Source: Chiloscyllium plagiosum
Taxonomy: Eukaryota
Length of the DNA stretch: 64,000 nucleotides
Assembly: GCF_004010195.1 (NCBI RefSeq)
Contig: NC_057752.1
Span: 6,212,044 to 6,276,043, forward strand
Direction: 5' to 3'
The notes beneath the pieces were generated by a model. The model was not told the origin of the DNA. It saw nothing but the letters and a program-made list of their open reading frames with translations, and ran no database searches. Positions 25,878 to 38,756 of this stretch are shown in pieces. The position numbers and the translations under genes are program-made. Every line of letters starts with the position of its first letter. The first letter of the stretch is position 1.

Positions 25878-26515
25878 TTTGGTATGCTTTCCTTTATTAG
25901 TCAGAGTATTGAGTACAGGAGTTGGGAGGTCATGTTGCTGCTGTACACGACATTGGTTAGACCACTTGTTGGAATATTGCGTGCAATTCTGGTCTCCTTC
26001 CTATTGGAAAGATGTTGTGAAACTTGAAAGAGTTCAGAAAAGACTTACAAGGATGTTGCCAGGGTTGGAGGATTTGAGCTATAGCGAGAGGCTGAACAGG
26101 CTGGGGCTGTTTTCCCTGGAGCATCGGAGGCTGAGGGGTGACCTTATAGAGGTTTATAAAATCATGAGGGGGCATGGATAGGATAAATAGACAAAGTATT
26201 TTCCCTGGGGTGGGAGAGTCCAGAACTAGAGGGCATAGGTTTAGGGTGAGAGGGGAAAGATACAAAGGAGACTTAAGGGGTGGCTTTTTCACACAGAGGA
26301 TGGTACGTGTATGGAATGAGCTGCCAGAGGAAGTGGTGGAGGCTGGTACAATTACAACATTTAAAAGGCATTTGGATGGGTATATGAATAGGAAGGGTTT
26401 GGAGGGATATGGGCCGGGTGCTGGCAGGTGGGACTGGATTGGTTTGGGATATCTGGTCGGCATGGACAGGTTAGACTGAAGGGTCTGTATCCGTGCTGTA
26501 ATCTCTATGACTTTA
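25878..26515 (+). mobile_element. CR1 LINE 3' fragment (young)
   Basis: LEYCVQFWSP...RRLRGDLIEVYKIMRG, 3' UTR and tctatgact tail. Confidence 0.95.
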
Positions 26516-26926
26516 TGTTGAAAGGGAGTGTGGCATGAACCAAAGAGTGGCAAAGGCAACAGTCCTTGCGGACAGCAAAAAGGAGTAGGGAGGGGAAGAT
26601 GTTCTGGGTAGTGGGGTCTAGTTGGAGTGGGCGGCAGTGCTTGAAGATGATACGTTGGATGCGGAGGCTGATGGGGTGGAAAGTGAGGACAAATGGGACC
26701 CTATCTTTATTTTGTTTGGTGGGGGGTTGGGGGGAATATATAGCAGTGCAGCGGGGAATGGAGAAGGTGCGGTGGAGGGCTGTCAGGATGATAGAGAGGG
26801 GTACCAACCAGGTCGTACCCAGTACCTATGTTCACCTATCATTATCTCACCATTCTGCTACTCTCCCCACTCTACTCCCCACTCCCCATCCCTCTCTTTA
26901 TCTATAGTTCTCCTTACCCCACATCT

Positions 26927-26961
26927 AGTCCTGAAGAAGGGTTATACCCGAAACGTCGACT
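26927..26961 (+). ncRNA. Minimal type I hammerhead ribozyme, intact core
   Basis: agtc-CTGAAGA-a-gggt tat accc-GAAAC-GTC-gact: stem I agtc/gact, stem II gggt/accc, palindromic ACGT stem III, GUC site. Confidence 0.78.
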
Positions 26962-27579
26962 TCCCCACCTTCTGATGCTGCCTGGCTTTGTGTGTTCTTC
27001 CAGCCTCCTGTTTGTCTACAAGGGGTTAGAGAAGCCTGCGCTGTAAGAGGAGACGTGCTCGGTGAAACAACGAGGAAGCAGAGGATATCAATGAGTGTGG
27101 AAGTAGGGACAAAATAACCAAAATAAACTTAAATCAGCCATTTTGAAGCAGTGTTTCTGAAGTTGCATGTGTGCACTTTTTGGAGAGGTCAGCTTTCCTT
27201 TTTTTAGGTAGGACATAGTGGGAGCATGGCAGTAATCGTAAGCACTTTCTTTTTCATCTGCCTACAGGAACCATCCCTCCAAGTGCCATTTGGGGTTCCG
27301 TATGCATCGGATTTTCCAACTTGCCTCCAAGAGCTGGGTGAGTGGGCTGTGGCCCACACACAGAAACTGCACACTCAAGTAAGTCATGTGGATTTCCTCA
27401 GTGGCTCAGTTTGGAGACACAGGTTTCTGACGACAGTCAACCCAGCTTGTTGCTGTTAAGTCCTGGATTGAGATATGAACCAACAGTCTTCAGACTCAGA
27501 GGCAAGAGCACTTTCCACTGAGCCAGGAATCTGTAAGCTACTTTGTGAAGTCAATTCAATTAACTCTTCGTAATAATAA

Positions 27580-27715
27580 AAGCAAAACACCAAAAATGCC
27601 AGAAATCTGAAATAAACGGAAAATGCTGGAAAAACTTAGCAGGTCTGGCAGCAACTGTGGAGACAGAACAGAGTTAAGGCTTCAAAGTTCAATATGATTC
27701 TTCTTTGGAACTGAA
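27580..27715 (-). mobile_element. Penelope terminal fragment
   Basis: aaatgctggaaaaacttagcaggtctggcagca matches the other pLTR ends in the window. Confidence 0.65.
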
Positions 27716-28035
27716 ACTAATTGTTCACGTTGTCAAATAGTGTATTATTTTGTCAATAATGGATATTTTTTATAATCTCCTTCATCTTGCTGACAAAGTC
27801 TGGCCACAAACCTTTTTGAAAACTGCTGTTTTAAGCAGATTTGCCTTGCCCTAACCCCAGCTTTGCCTGGTGGCTGCTTGCACCTGAATCATTACTTCAG
27901 AAACCATCCTTAGCTGCTGGTTATCTGTGCATGATATGGCACATCTTTTACATCTCTTCCCTTCGACTCACCCTTCTTTTCTTCTCAGCTTGGTTGGAAT
28001 TCTCATCATCCAATCAGTTTGTTATTTAACATCGT

Positions 28036-28772
28036 ATTCAAGAAGAACGGATACTCAAATAATACAGTGCGTAGATTCCTCAAGAACAAACCACGACAAG
28101 CAGACCAAACACAGCCAGAAACCCTAACCACCTTACCATACACCAAAGAAGTTTCAGAAATGACAGCCAGACTACTAAGACCCCTCGGAATCCTAGTAGC
28201 ACACAAACCCACCAACACTCTCAAAAACTAACAAACTTAAAAGACCCAGTACAACCCATGGACAAAACCAACGTCATCTACAAAATTCCATGCACGGACT
28301 GCCACAAACACTACGTAGGACAAACAGGAAGAAAGTTAACCACCAGGATACACGAACACCAGCTAGCCACAAAAAGACACAACCCTCTCTCCCTCGTAGC
28401 CCTACATACAGATGAAAAAAAACACCATTTCAACTGGGACAACACATCTATCCTGGGACAGGCTATGCAAAGACATGCCAGAGAATTCCTAGAGGCCTGG
28501 CACTCCAACTACAACGCTATAAACAAACACATAGATCTCGATACCATCTATCAACCCCTCAGAAAATGAACAGGAAATGACATCACCACAAACCCCAGGA
28601 ACCCCATCCAGGAGAAAGATATAAATAGAAAGCAGGAGACAACCGCTTCGCTTCACTTGGAGGTCGCCACTGATGATGTTACCGAGCCAGGTAATGAAAC
28701 ATCTGGATATCAAACCTGCAGCTCAGCGAGCAAACCTACACCCTAAACCTCAACCTGAGCTACAAACCTTGC
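28036..28772 (+). mobile_element. Penelope-like element, 5'-truncated, GIY-YIG endonuclease remnant, 10-bp TSD
   Basis: ORF 28258-28569 NVIYKIPCTDCHKHYVGQTGRKLTTRIHEH; TSD ttaacatcgt at 28026-28035 and 28773-28782. Confidence 0.92.
28667..28706 (+). ncRNA. Minimal hammerhead motif (second PLE family), CpG-decayed
   Basis: cca-CTGATGA-t-gttacc gagcca ggtaat-GAAAC-ATC-tgg. Confidence 0.6.
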
Positions 28773-29254
28773 TTAACATCGTTGCCAGAGAAAATAATGA
28801 GGAGATTTGAATCCTGCCAGCAGAAAACCACTCAGTGCCCAATGACGTGACTACAGTTTAGGACAACCTGCTAAGTAATGAGACTGCCTGTCTGTGACTC
28901 CAACCCCTGGTGTTGTTTACATAAGCTCACCAGCAGGCAGCTTTTGCCCAGAGTGACCAATATAGGCTGATATAGGCACACGTTGGGAATGATAATTGCT
29001 GTGCTGGCCTGTGGTTGCTGTCAAAGAGATTTCAGGCCTAGGTGACTTCAAGTCACAGTACTCATTCCATGCTTGGACTCAGGAGTAATCCGGCATGATG
29101 TTTGGACTCATACAGCAAGAGCAGAATTTGTAACTCAACCTCGTACATCTCCTTAATGTAAGTCAACGTCTGAACACCCTTGGAATATATAACAGTCATA
29201 CAGAGATGGCCGACTTACAGTACTACTGGATCTCCCAAGACAGTGTTCACAAAT

Positions 29255-29690
29255 AACAACAACTTATATTTACATAGCATCTTTAACATGAAGAAATGTC
29301 CCGAACCAGTTCGCAGGAGCATTATAAAACACAGTCTGATACACAACAGGCGACTTAAAGGCCTGGTCAAACAAGTTTAAGGATTGTTTTAAAGGAACAG
29401 AGAGAGGGAAATAGGCAGAGGGGTATCGAGAGGGAATTCCAGAGCTTCGGTCCAAAGCAGCTGAAGGAGCAGCCGCCAACTGTACAGCAGTTAAAGTTGG
29501 GAATGCATGACAGGCCAGAATTAGAAGTGCGCAGATATCTCAGAGGGTTGTGGGGCTGGAGGAATTGAGAGATGGTCGAGGCCATGAAGGGATTTGGAAA
29601 CAAGGATGAGAATTTTAAAGTCAAAATGTTGCTTGACTGGGATCCAAAATAGACTACGAGCACAGGGGTGATGGGAAGTATATTCAATAC
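29255..29690 (-). mobile_element. L2-like LINE 3' end
   Basis: ORF 29367-29732 ...GGCSFSCFGPKLWNSL...SFKTILK. Confidence 0.8.
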
Positions 29691-30229
29691 AGAGGGCAGG
29701 CAGTGACTTGGGACAGGCAGTGCTGAGGTCAAGTTGTCCTCTCTAGGGACAAAGGGACAGGATGAAAGAGCAGTGGCTCATTTTACGATGCTACAAAGTG
29801 CTATAGAATGCAAGTTGATCCTGTTCACCCAGCACATACTCAGTGGACTGCTGTGTTAACTGCATGCTTGTTATCACATGCTCAATTATTCACCAAGTTG
29901 TTCACATTCAACCGAATTACCCACGGGAGCTGGAATGGGCAGAATTTCCAAAAAACTTTGGAGATTTTTTGAACAAGAAGTTCATTTAAAATCCATACTG
30001 TAGAAAAACATGAGGATTCCTGAGTTTCTGCCAATTTCCATTATGCAAAAGGAGGGCCAGATCAGTGTCACACAGCACAATACATGCCTTGCTCATGCAT
30101 TCCCTTGCATCTCATTCTTCTCTCAGCCCCACACCCACCCTATTCACACACTCCAGAAGCTTGACAGTATCCAGACCATATTCAACATACACTCCTTTGG
30201 TCACTGTAGCAACAGTATATACCAGCCAC

Positions 30230-30485
30230 AGGACACACAGGAGCAACTTACCGAGGCTCCTCAGACATCACCTTCCAAATCCATGATCTCTACCACCTAG
30301 AAGGACAAAGGCCACAGATACATGGGAACACCACCAAGCTCCCCCTCCAAGCCTCACACCATCTTTATTTGAAAATACATTACCATTCCTTCAGTATCAC
30401 TGTGTCAAAATACTGGAACTCTTTCCCTAAAGGCATTTGTGAGCATACCTACACCAAATTGACTGGAGTGGATCAAGAAGGTAGT
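30230..30485 (+). mobile_element. CR1/L2-group LINE 3' fragment
   Basis: SFSITVSKYWNSFP; paralogue of 13975-14370. Confidence 0.7.
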
Positions 30486-30685
30486 TATTCGGTATTCTGT
30501 TCTCTTTTGTTTGTGTTTCATCCAGCAATCTTGGAAATAAATTCAGTTTTGTTTAAAATTAAGTGGTTTGACCAGCTGCATCCCTCCTGAAATATCTGCG
30601 TTACACCTACGTAAAATAACTAGCAAAGCTGGGTCTGGGCTATTTTCTTGAAATGTTTTGAGGGGATCTGGCCTGGTCCATAACA
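30485..30685 (+). mobile_element. LTR 3' fragment related to 20868-21488
   Basis: Ends tggcctggtccataaca. Confidence 0.55.
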
Positions 30686-31479
30686 CAGCCAAACCCATGA
30701 AAGACTAAAAGACCACCCTTCCCCTAACTTAGTTACACCTGCTCACTCTCTTCCCCATTAATAGATGTGCACCATACCTGTTTGCACTTTGACATAACAA
30801 CACAGCATTTTAATTTCTATTAATATTTTTCAGGGAAATTTTCTGTGAACGAAAACTGAGAAACATCAGGTCCAAGAAATGACATTTTCTTACAGCATGT
30901 GCATCAAGTACTGCAAGGGCAGGTTCAGTACAGATAGCAAATCACCTTCCATTTTATCAAAAAAAAGAACATCTTGAACTTTTACGCTTTACACACCAGC
31001 GATCCTTCAATCCTCACTGTGTAATATTGCCAATTTGATGTCAGTTTTATCACATATTGCTGTGTCGTGGGCACTCATCCAGATGGAACTGAATCCTGGC
31101 CATCAATGAAAAGAGAAGACTTCCAACCTATGAGACTCAGCAAGATTTGATATAAATCTAGGTAGCCAAAGTGAAAGAACAGTGTAAATCACTTCTGTGT
31201 TTACCAGTCGCTTTCTCCTAATCCCTCATCCCGGAGCTTTAATGAAGCATTCCATTCAACAAATTAAACTCCTGATTTATTCCCGTTTAAGTTGTCTCTG
31301 TGGTGCTGCACACTGACAGACAAATTCTGGGTAGTTTGATCCATTATCGCTGCAGTCAAATTTAAGGCACATCATTCAATTACTGAAACATTTTTCTCAA
31401 TATATTGTAATATGACTGGCACAATAAAGTTTGGGACCAAACTAAGTTTTGTAATGAACCGAAACATAGAAGTGCACCT

Positions 31480-31985
31480 TGTAGCAGTTAAGCAGCAGCT
31501 ACACAGAGCCCTGTTAGAACACACTTGGAGTCACTGTGGGCAATTCTAGGCACCACACCTTAGGTAGAACATATCAACCTTGGAGGGAGTGCAGTGTAGA
31601 TTTTCCAGGATGATATCTGGACTCCGGAGGTTACATTACAAGGATAGATTACCCAAGCTGGGTTTTATTTCCTGGAATTTAGAAGGTTAAAGAATGATTT
31701 GATTGGTGTTTCCAAGTTAAGTCATGAGACGTTTGGACACAGATTTCAGGTAATTGGCAAAAGAAGCAATGAGGAGAAGCCTTTTCACACAGGGATTGGT
31801 TAAAATCTGGAAGGCACTGCCTGACAGTGTGGTGGAGGCAGATTCAATCAACACATTCAAGTGAGAATTGGATCATTTGAAAAGGAAGAAAGTGCAGAGT
31901 TACAGGGAAAAGGTGGGGAAATGGTAATAATGGAGAGTGTTGTCAGAAACACAATGGCCTGAAGGGCCTCCTTCTGTGATTCTGG
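31480..31985 (+). mobile_element. Older CR1 3' fragment
   Basis: Degenerate RPHLEY..QFWAP and WNALP-type sequence plus CR1 3' UTR. Confidence 0.7.
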
Positions 31986-33096
31986 GGAATCGATCGGTTC
32001 GATGGAGAGAAACTATTTCTGCTGGTGAAGGAGAGGACCGGGTGGAGGCACAGTTTAAAAATTAACGCCAGACCTTTCAGAAATGAAATTTGGAAAACAC
32101 TTCATGTAAAGAATGAAGGGATTTTTACCCATTTAACACCCCCACTCACCCATCCCAATCCCACCCAACTGGCCATGTTCAAATTCTCCCCATGACATCT
32201 ATCCTGTTTTATTAAGTACATGGTTCTAACTTTTACACATTGTTCTGCTATTCAATTTCTCATGTACAGGTAACTGGTTCGATATCTCTTTTGCTTGTAT
32301 TTGTCGAGGTTTTTCAAGAGTTATTGAATGTTCATTTGTACCATCTGAAGCTCAGTTTAAAAGAAAAGGTATTATATATGGTTTTAATCTGGCCTTGTGT
32401 CTTTTTCATGTGCAAGAACAAAACCTCTCTGCACAACATGCTGCAGAGCTAAAGGACTACAATAAATTACAACACTTATTTCATCAATTTATGATCTCTG
32501 CTGGCTGCAAAACATCTCGTCAGTGGCTCTACAGCTCCAAAGGAAAGACCCAGAGCTTAAAAACCATTTGTCAGCCCAAAAGAAACAACATTGTGGTTTG
32601 CTGCAAGATTACAGTGGAAATTCACTTGCAATGAACTCTTCAATGTTGGGAAACTTGTTTTGGAGTGAAAAATGCTTGGGCTTCAATCCAATTGCCATGG
32701 GAAAGTACAGTTACCCACTTAAGAGTAAAAATCTATATTTCCATTGTTTTCTGACAAAGAACAGTGAACCTTTGGAACACTTGATGGAACACAGCAAAGT
32801 ATTTCATCTGGGAAGGAGAAAGCAGAAATAGTGCACATGGTTCCATCTCTTTCACAGGGCTTGCCCTGCCAACTGTGAGGCTGCACCAACAACAATATTG
32901 TGTACAGCTTGCAAAACTATCAAAACACTCACCAACACAGAGATATCAAGCCGACAGCACAGAAACAAGTCATTCAGCCTGAGAGTCTTTGTTGGTGTTT
33001 GAAGACCACATGAGCCTTCTTCCACCCAACTTTATCCAACTCCATCAACATATCCCTCCTATTCCTTTCTCTCCTATGTGTTTGTCTAGCTTATGG

Positions 33097-33510
33097 ATTG
33101 TGGCTCAGTTGTTTAGCACTCTCACTCCGAGGCCACAAGGTTCTGGGTTCAAATCCCACTCAAAATTCCAATACTGAGGGAGTGCTGCACTGTTGCAGGT
33201 GCTGTCAGTCAGATGAGATGTTAAACTATGACCCCATCTGCCTCCCTGATGGATATAACAAATCCCACACCACTACTTGTCAGACGGTTTTCCCTGATGT
33301 CTGGGCCAAATTTTATCCCTCAAACATCACAAAATCAGATTGTCTGGTCATTATTCCATTACTGTTTGCGAGAAGTTGCTGCGTGCATACTGGCTGCCAT
33401 GTTTCCAACATCACAACAGTGCCGACTCTTCAGAAGTTATTTTCTCGGCTGAAGCACTTTGAGACCCTCAGTAGTTGTGAAAAGCGCTATATAAATACAA
33501 TTCTTTTTCT
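33097..33510 (+). mobile_element. SacSINE1-like DeuSINE, near full length
   Basis: tRNA head gtggctcagttgtttagcactctc...ggttcaaatccc, Deu-domain, L2-type tail gcgctatataaataca. Confidence 0.85.
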
Positions 33511-33519
33511 TACCCTCAT

Positions 33520-34270
33520 TTAAATACATCTATACTATTAATCACAACATCCCCATGTGGTAGTGCGTTCCTGACTCTGAACACTCCTTGAGTAAAGTAG
33601 TTTCTCTTGAATGCTTTATTGAATTTATTAGTGGCTATCTTATACATATGGCCCTTAGTTCTGGTTGCTGTCTTATCTACATTCATATCCGCTTGGACCC
33701 TGCATCAAGTCCTCCTTTGCCCTTCATTTGCTAGTGGAAAGAGTCCTAGTCTGTTCAGCCTTTTTGATGGGTATCGCCTCTCAGTTCTGTTATTATTCTT
33801 GTGAATCAATTTTGCACTTCGTCCAATTTCTCTATATTCTTTTTATTAGCTGGCAATCAGAACTATGCACAGTAATCCAAGACTGGTTGAACCAAAGTTT
33901 GATACAAGTTTAACTTGGTGCTCTGAATTTTAATTTGATTTCTTTAGAAATCAGCAGTGTTTAATTTGCTTTTTACAGCCATTGAAACCTGCAGTGATTT
34001 GTGTATCTAAAGATCCCTCCCCTCCTCTCCCAGAGGCTTATTGTCCAAAACAGTGTGTAGTCTCCTCACTCTTCCTTCCAAAACACCTCACGCTGGTCAA
34101 TATTGAAGTTAAATGACTTTTCTGCACTTATTCTGCAAGCTTATTATTGATTTATATTTTGTATCTTGCCTTCTTCTGGATCAACTATACCTCCCTGTTT
34201 GGTGTCACCCGCAACTCTTGAAATCATACATCAATTCCTGAGTTCAAATCAGTCATGTCAATGTTGAATG
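33520..34270 (-). mobile_element. Very old CR1 fragment
   Basis: tttggtgtcacccgcaaact (reverse complement of a FADDTK-like motif); cagaactatgcacagtaatcca (LEYCVQFW-like). Confidence 0.6.
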
Positions 34271-34389
34271 ATAACATCTCAGAGCTCTATATGAAAAATA
34301 TCAAAAAGTTGATCCATCAAACCAACTACAAGAATCCAAAAAACCTTTATCCAACCAGTAAGATACCAAAATGATACATGTTCTCCAAA

Positions 34390-35100
34390 CCTATACACTT
34401 AATGGTAAGGTTCTGGGGAAAGTTGCTGAGCAAAGAGACCTTGGAGTGCAGGTTCATAGTTCCTTGAAAGTGGAGTCGCAGGTAGATAGGATAGTGAAGA
34501 AGATGTTTGGTATGCTTTATTGGTCAGAGTATTGAGTATAGGAGTTGGGAGGTCATGTTGTGGCTGTACAGGATATTGGTTAGGCCAGTTTTGGAATACT
34601 GCATGCAATTCTGGTCTCCTTCCTATCGGAAGGATGCTGTGAAATTTGAAAGGGTTCAGAAAAGATTTACAAGGATGTTGCCAGGGTTGGAGGATTTGAG
34701 CTATAGGGAGAGGTTGAATAGGCTCGGGCTGTTTTCCCTGGATCGTCGGAGGCTGAGGGGCGACCTTATAGAGGTTTATAAAATCATGAGGGGCATGGAT
34801 AGGATAAATAGACAAAGGTTTAGGGTGAGAGGGGAAAGATAAAAAAGAGACCTCAGGGGCAACATTTTCACACAGAGGATGGTGCGTGTGTGGAATGAGC
34901 TGCCAGAGGAAGTGGTGGAGGCTGGTACAATTACAACATTTAAAAGGCATCTGGATGGGTATATGAATAGGAAGTTTTAGAGGGATATGGGCCAAGTGCT
35001 GGCAAATGGGACTAGATCAGGTTAGGGTATTTGGTCGGCATGGACGAGTTGGACTGAAGGGTCTGCTTCCGTGCTGTACATCTCTCTGACTCTATGTCTC
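34390..35100 (+). mobile_element. CR1 LINE 3' fragment (young)
   Basis: ORF 34507-34842 and the 3' UTR. Confidence 0.95.
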
Positions 35101-35316
35101 TAAATGTACTTTTTTTGTCAAGTACCTGTTTCTTTTTGGCAAATATATACTCAAATCTTCTCAAAGGCATTGAAGAGTGCAGGCAATTTATCAATGCAAC
35201 GACACCACTGAAGAAGTAGCCAGCTGTAAAGCTGAATTCTTTCATTCCTGGTAGATTAGTACCTTTGCTGATCGTACTCCCTTATCTGACAGTTTATTTC
35301 AAAAGCCAGGAAAAGA

Positions 35317-35372
35317 AATTCTAAATTAAATTTGCATTACAAGTAATTCTAAATTAAATTTGCATTACAAGT
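35317..35372 (+). repeat. Perfect 28-bp tandem duplication
   Basis: aattctaaattaaatttgcattacaagt x2. Confidence 0.95.
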
Positions 35373-36082
35373 ATTGTTGGCAACAAGACAATTTTATATC
35401 AACTGATGTTTGTTCAGTCAGTTATTGGGGCTGGACACATGACTTTTCTTCAGGTAATGTGTCCAATGCACTAAAAGAAAGAAAGTTCCGCATATCAGCA
35501 CAGTACTTGTGAATTGAAATGTATTACATGGCCAAATAGACATCTGAGAGTGATTACAAGGCTGTAATCAAATCATGGGGGTTCAGATGATATCATAAGC
35601 CACAGCAGTGAGGATCCTGCAGTTTATAACTAACATTTGACACAGGAGGCAGAATCACAGCCATGAAATCATTTCCAATTTTGCTCATGTTTTACAACAT
35701 GGAATTTACGGAGACAGTTTTATTCCACATGAGGAGCCTCCATCTCTCCAAGCAGGTGTCATAGTGCTTTCAGCCAGCACTGGCTGTTGTTGAGATCCAC
35801 ACCAAGGAATCCTTTCCTGATTGAAATGTTTTACACAGCAGCAACTGCCATCAATAGTACAAGTACAGGTGAAAACGATCAAGAGTGGTACTGGCAGCTA
35901 TTTCATTTTATTAAAAGGTTGAGCTGAATGCAATTGCAGAGCTAACAACTTGCAGGAAGCGACCATAAGGTGAGTCAGCCTGTGCAGCCCCACACTCTGC
36001 CTAGTAGATCCAAATTGCTACCTGGGCAGTAAAGTATCAGAGAATGCCAGCCAACTATAGCACTCAGCCACTATTTAGAATC

Positions 36083-36240
36083 TGGATTAGAGTGGTGCTG
36101 GAAAAGCACAGCAGGTCAGGCAGCATCTGAGGAGCAGGAAAATCAACGTTTTGGGCAAAAGCCATTCATCAGGAATAGAGGAAGGGTGCCTGCAGAGTGG
36201 AGATAAATAAGTTTCCAGCATCTGCAGTCCTTGTCTTTAC
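36083..36240. mobile_element. Short Penelope pLTR insertion with inverted tip
   Basis: Minus-strand pLTR with hammerhead core (rc ctgatgaatggcttttgcccaaaacgttg) followed by the plus-strand tip ttccagcatctgcagtcc; imperfect flanking repeat ccactatttagaatc / ccgctatttcgaatc. Confidence 0.75.
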
Positions 36241-36250
36241 CCGCTATTTC

Positions 36251-36800
36251 GAATCATAGAGTCATAAAGCATGGAAACAGAACCTTCAGTCCAACTAGTC
36301 CATGCTGAACATAATCCCAAACTAAACTAGTCCCACCTGCTTGCTCCTGGCCCATATCACTCCGAACCTTTCCTATTCATGTACTTGTCTTAGTGTCTTT
36401 TAAAAGGTGTAACTTTGCCTGCATCCACCACTTCATCAGGAAATTCATTCCACATGTGAACAACCCTCTGTGCAAAACATTTGCCCCTCATGTCTTTTTA
36501 AAATTTCTCTCTTCTCCACCTTCAAAATATGACCCCTCGTCTTGAAATCCTCATCCTAAAGAACAGACACCTACCATTAACCCTGTCTATACCCCTCATG
36601 ATTTTATAAACCTCTATACGGTCACCTCTCAACCTCTTACGCTCCAGTGAAAAATGTTCCAGCCTACCCAGCCTTTCTTTATAACTCAAACCTTCCATGC
36701 CTGGCAACATCCTTTTAAGTCTTTTCAGAACCCTCTCTAGCTTAATAATATCCTTTCTATAATAGGGCAACCAGAACCGGACATGGTACTCCAGATATTT
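36251..36800 (-). mobile_element. CR1 LINE 3' fragment
   Basis: ORF 36522-36806 LEYHVRFWLPYYRKDIIKLERV. Confidence 0.9.
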
Positions 36801-38415
36801 GTCCATTTAAATTAATATTGGAAAGTCTCCATAGAGAACAAGAGAGCCACTGGATCAGGTCACTACTCGTACAGGCAATGAAAATCTACCCCAGTAAGTT
36901 TTGCACAACACTATCAATGTGCATCGTGAAATAATGTTACCTTATCAGTGTGCGCCATAAAGCTTCTTACAGTTTAATAAATACATGCAACATGAAACTA
37001 ACTTAACACAAACTCTAAAGATTCCCACTCTTTGGTATTATTTGTAAACAATCCCCATCCTCAGCTATGGAATATTCGAAAAGGAATAATGTGGCAAAAA
37101 TATGCAACAGAATAAGACAGTGAATGGCTCTGAAAGATGGATCCCCCTTTGAGTATTATGGACAAGCTGCATAAATCCCTACTGAGTTTGTTGCTTGAGA
37201 ATTTAAAGGACACCTTTGGATATAAATCTCAAGACTCCCTTTGCCTTTACGGAAAATAATATAGAAGTTTTGAATTTACCTTACATCATAGACATCCAGA
37301 GCACACTTTAAAATCAGACATGAATAGGAGGCCAGATTTAGACTGTAGTAGAAGGTGGGAGGTTGATTGCGCTTTTAGCTTCTTGTGGCAAGTTGTTATT
37401 CCCATTCAAGCTGAACTCAAATCCCGAGTGTAGCTTCTCCTGCTATGTAACAGCTGAAGTTCGTGTGACGTCTGCTCTATAATCTTCCCATCTAACCATA
37501 TTTCCCTCAACATTTTCCCATTGAATACTCAAGATTTTCTGTGTTGCACTTCAGTGGAGGAAAAGACGTTCCCTCCACCCTACTGGCGTCTGTCCAGTCA
37601 CTTTGACATATCTGCAGCGATTGAACATCTGTTGACCATTCTGAGACGAAGGGGGAGGGAAGGCTAACCCTCTGAACACTCACAGCAAATTCTTCATCAC
37701 AAACCATTCCAAATCCAAAACATTGCAAAATGTCAATGAAAAAATGCCAAGGATGCTGTGCTTCTGTTAGGGATCAAGTTCATCTCGAACAGGTACCAAA
37801 ATGAGTGGGAAAGGCATGGCCATCCTCTCCTGATTTGCAATTCCACTGTTGTCAAAAGAACTGAATGTCATACAGGAAGGATAATGAGTGGCCCAAGAAA
37901 ATCTGACCATTTAGCATCCTATCCAAGATGAACTTTGACATACCTCCTCCACATAGTCCTCTCAAGTTTTCTGCAGATACCTTTGGATTCTGGGTATCAG
38001 CAGGAGTGGACAAGGAGTAACTTACCCACTTAGATACTCAGTCCTTTGGTAACTAACCTGTAACCACTGTTCATAAATCATTAAGTACTGCCCTTTTTTT
38101 GAAATAAAGGATCAAATCTCATCGAGAAGGTGCAAAAAAAAGATGATAAGGGATGTGGAAATGTAATGTTTAGCAATCCCGAGTTTGGATCGAACATTGG
38201 AGGAGAAATGGAAACTTCAACTGGACTTCACATAAATAGTTTTTAATGACAGCAATACCCTATCTTATCAAACATTTAACTGACCTCACAATTTCTTCTG
38301 GCTCCAGTCGTAGTGTCGTCTCTATTTATGAAGAGCTTGCACTTGGAGCCCTCAGTGGGGGTAACTTTCTCCTATTATCATCTGCAGCTAATTTGCTGAA
38401 GTGTATTGGCTACTT

Positions 38416-38756
38416 AGAATCATAGCACCACTACAGTGTAGAAGTGGGCCATTTGACCCACAAGGTTCACTCCAGCCCTCTGAAGAGCAGACCACCCAGA
38501 CGCACCCCCTACTCTATTCCTGTATTTCCAATGGCCAACCCACCCCACATAACCTGCACATCCCTGGATACTAAGGGCAATTTAGCATCTGCAATCCACC
38601 TAACCTGCACATCTTTGGACTGTGGAAGGAATTCGGAGCACCCAGAGGAAACCCACACAGACACGGGGAGAATGTGGAAACTCCACACAGGCAGTCGCCT
38701 GAGGCTGGAATCGAACTGGGTCCCTGGCACTGTGATGCAGCAGTGCTGACCACCGA
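38416..38756 (-). mobile_element. HE1-like V-SINE
   Basis: Reverse complement of the full HE1 structure. Confidence 0.9.

Larger units (their letters stand above)
25192..27019 (-). mobile_element. Penelope-like element (GIY-YIG region) with inverted pLTR and 14-bp TSD, interrupted by CR1 at 25878-26515
   Basis: ORF 26505-26807 NKDRVPFVLTFHP (PLE RT-to-GIY linker); TSD aaggggttagagaa at 25178-25191 and 27020-27033. Confidence 0.88.
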
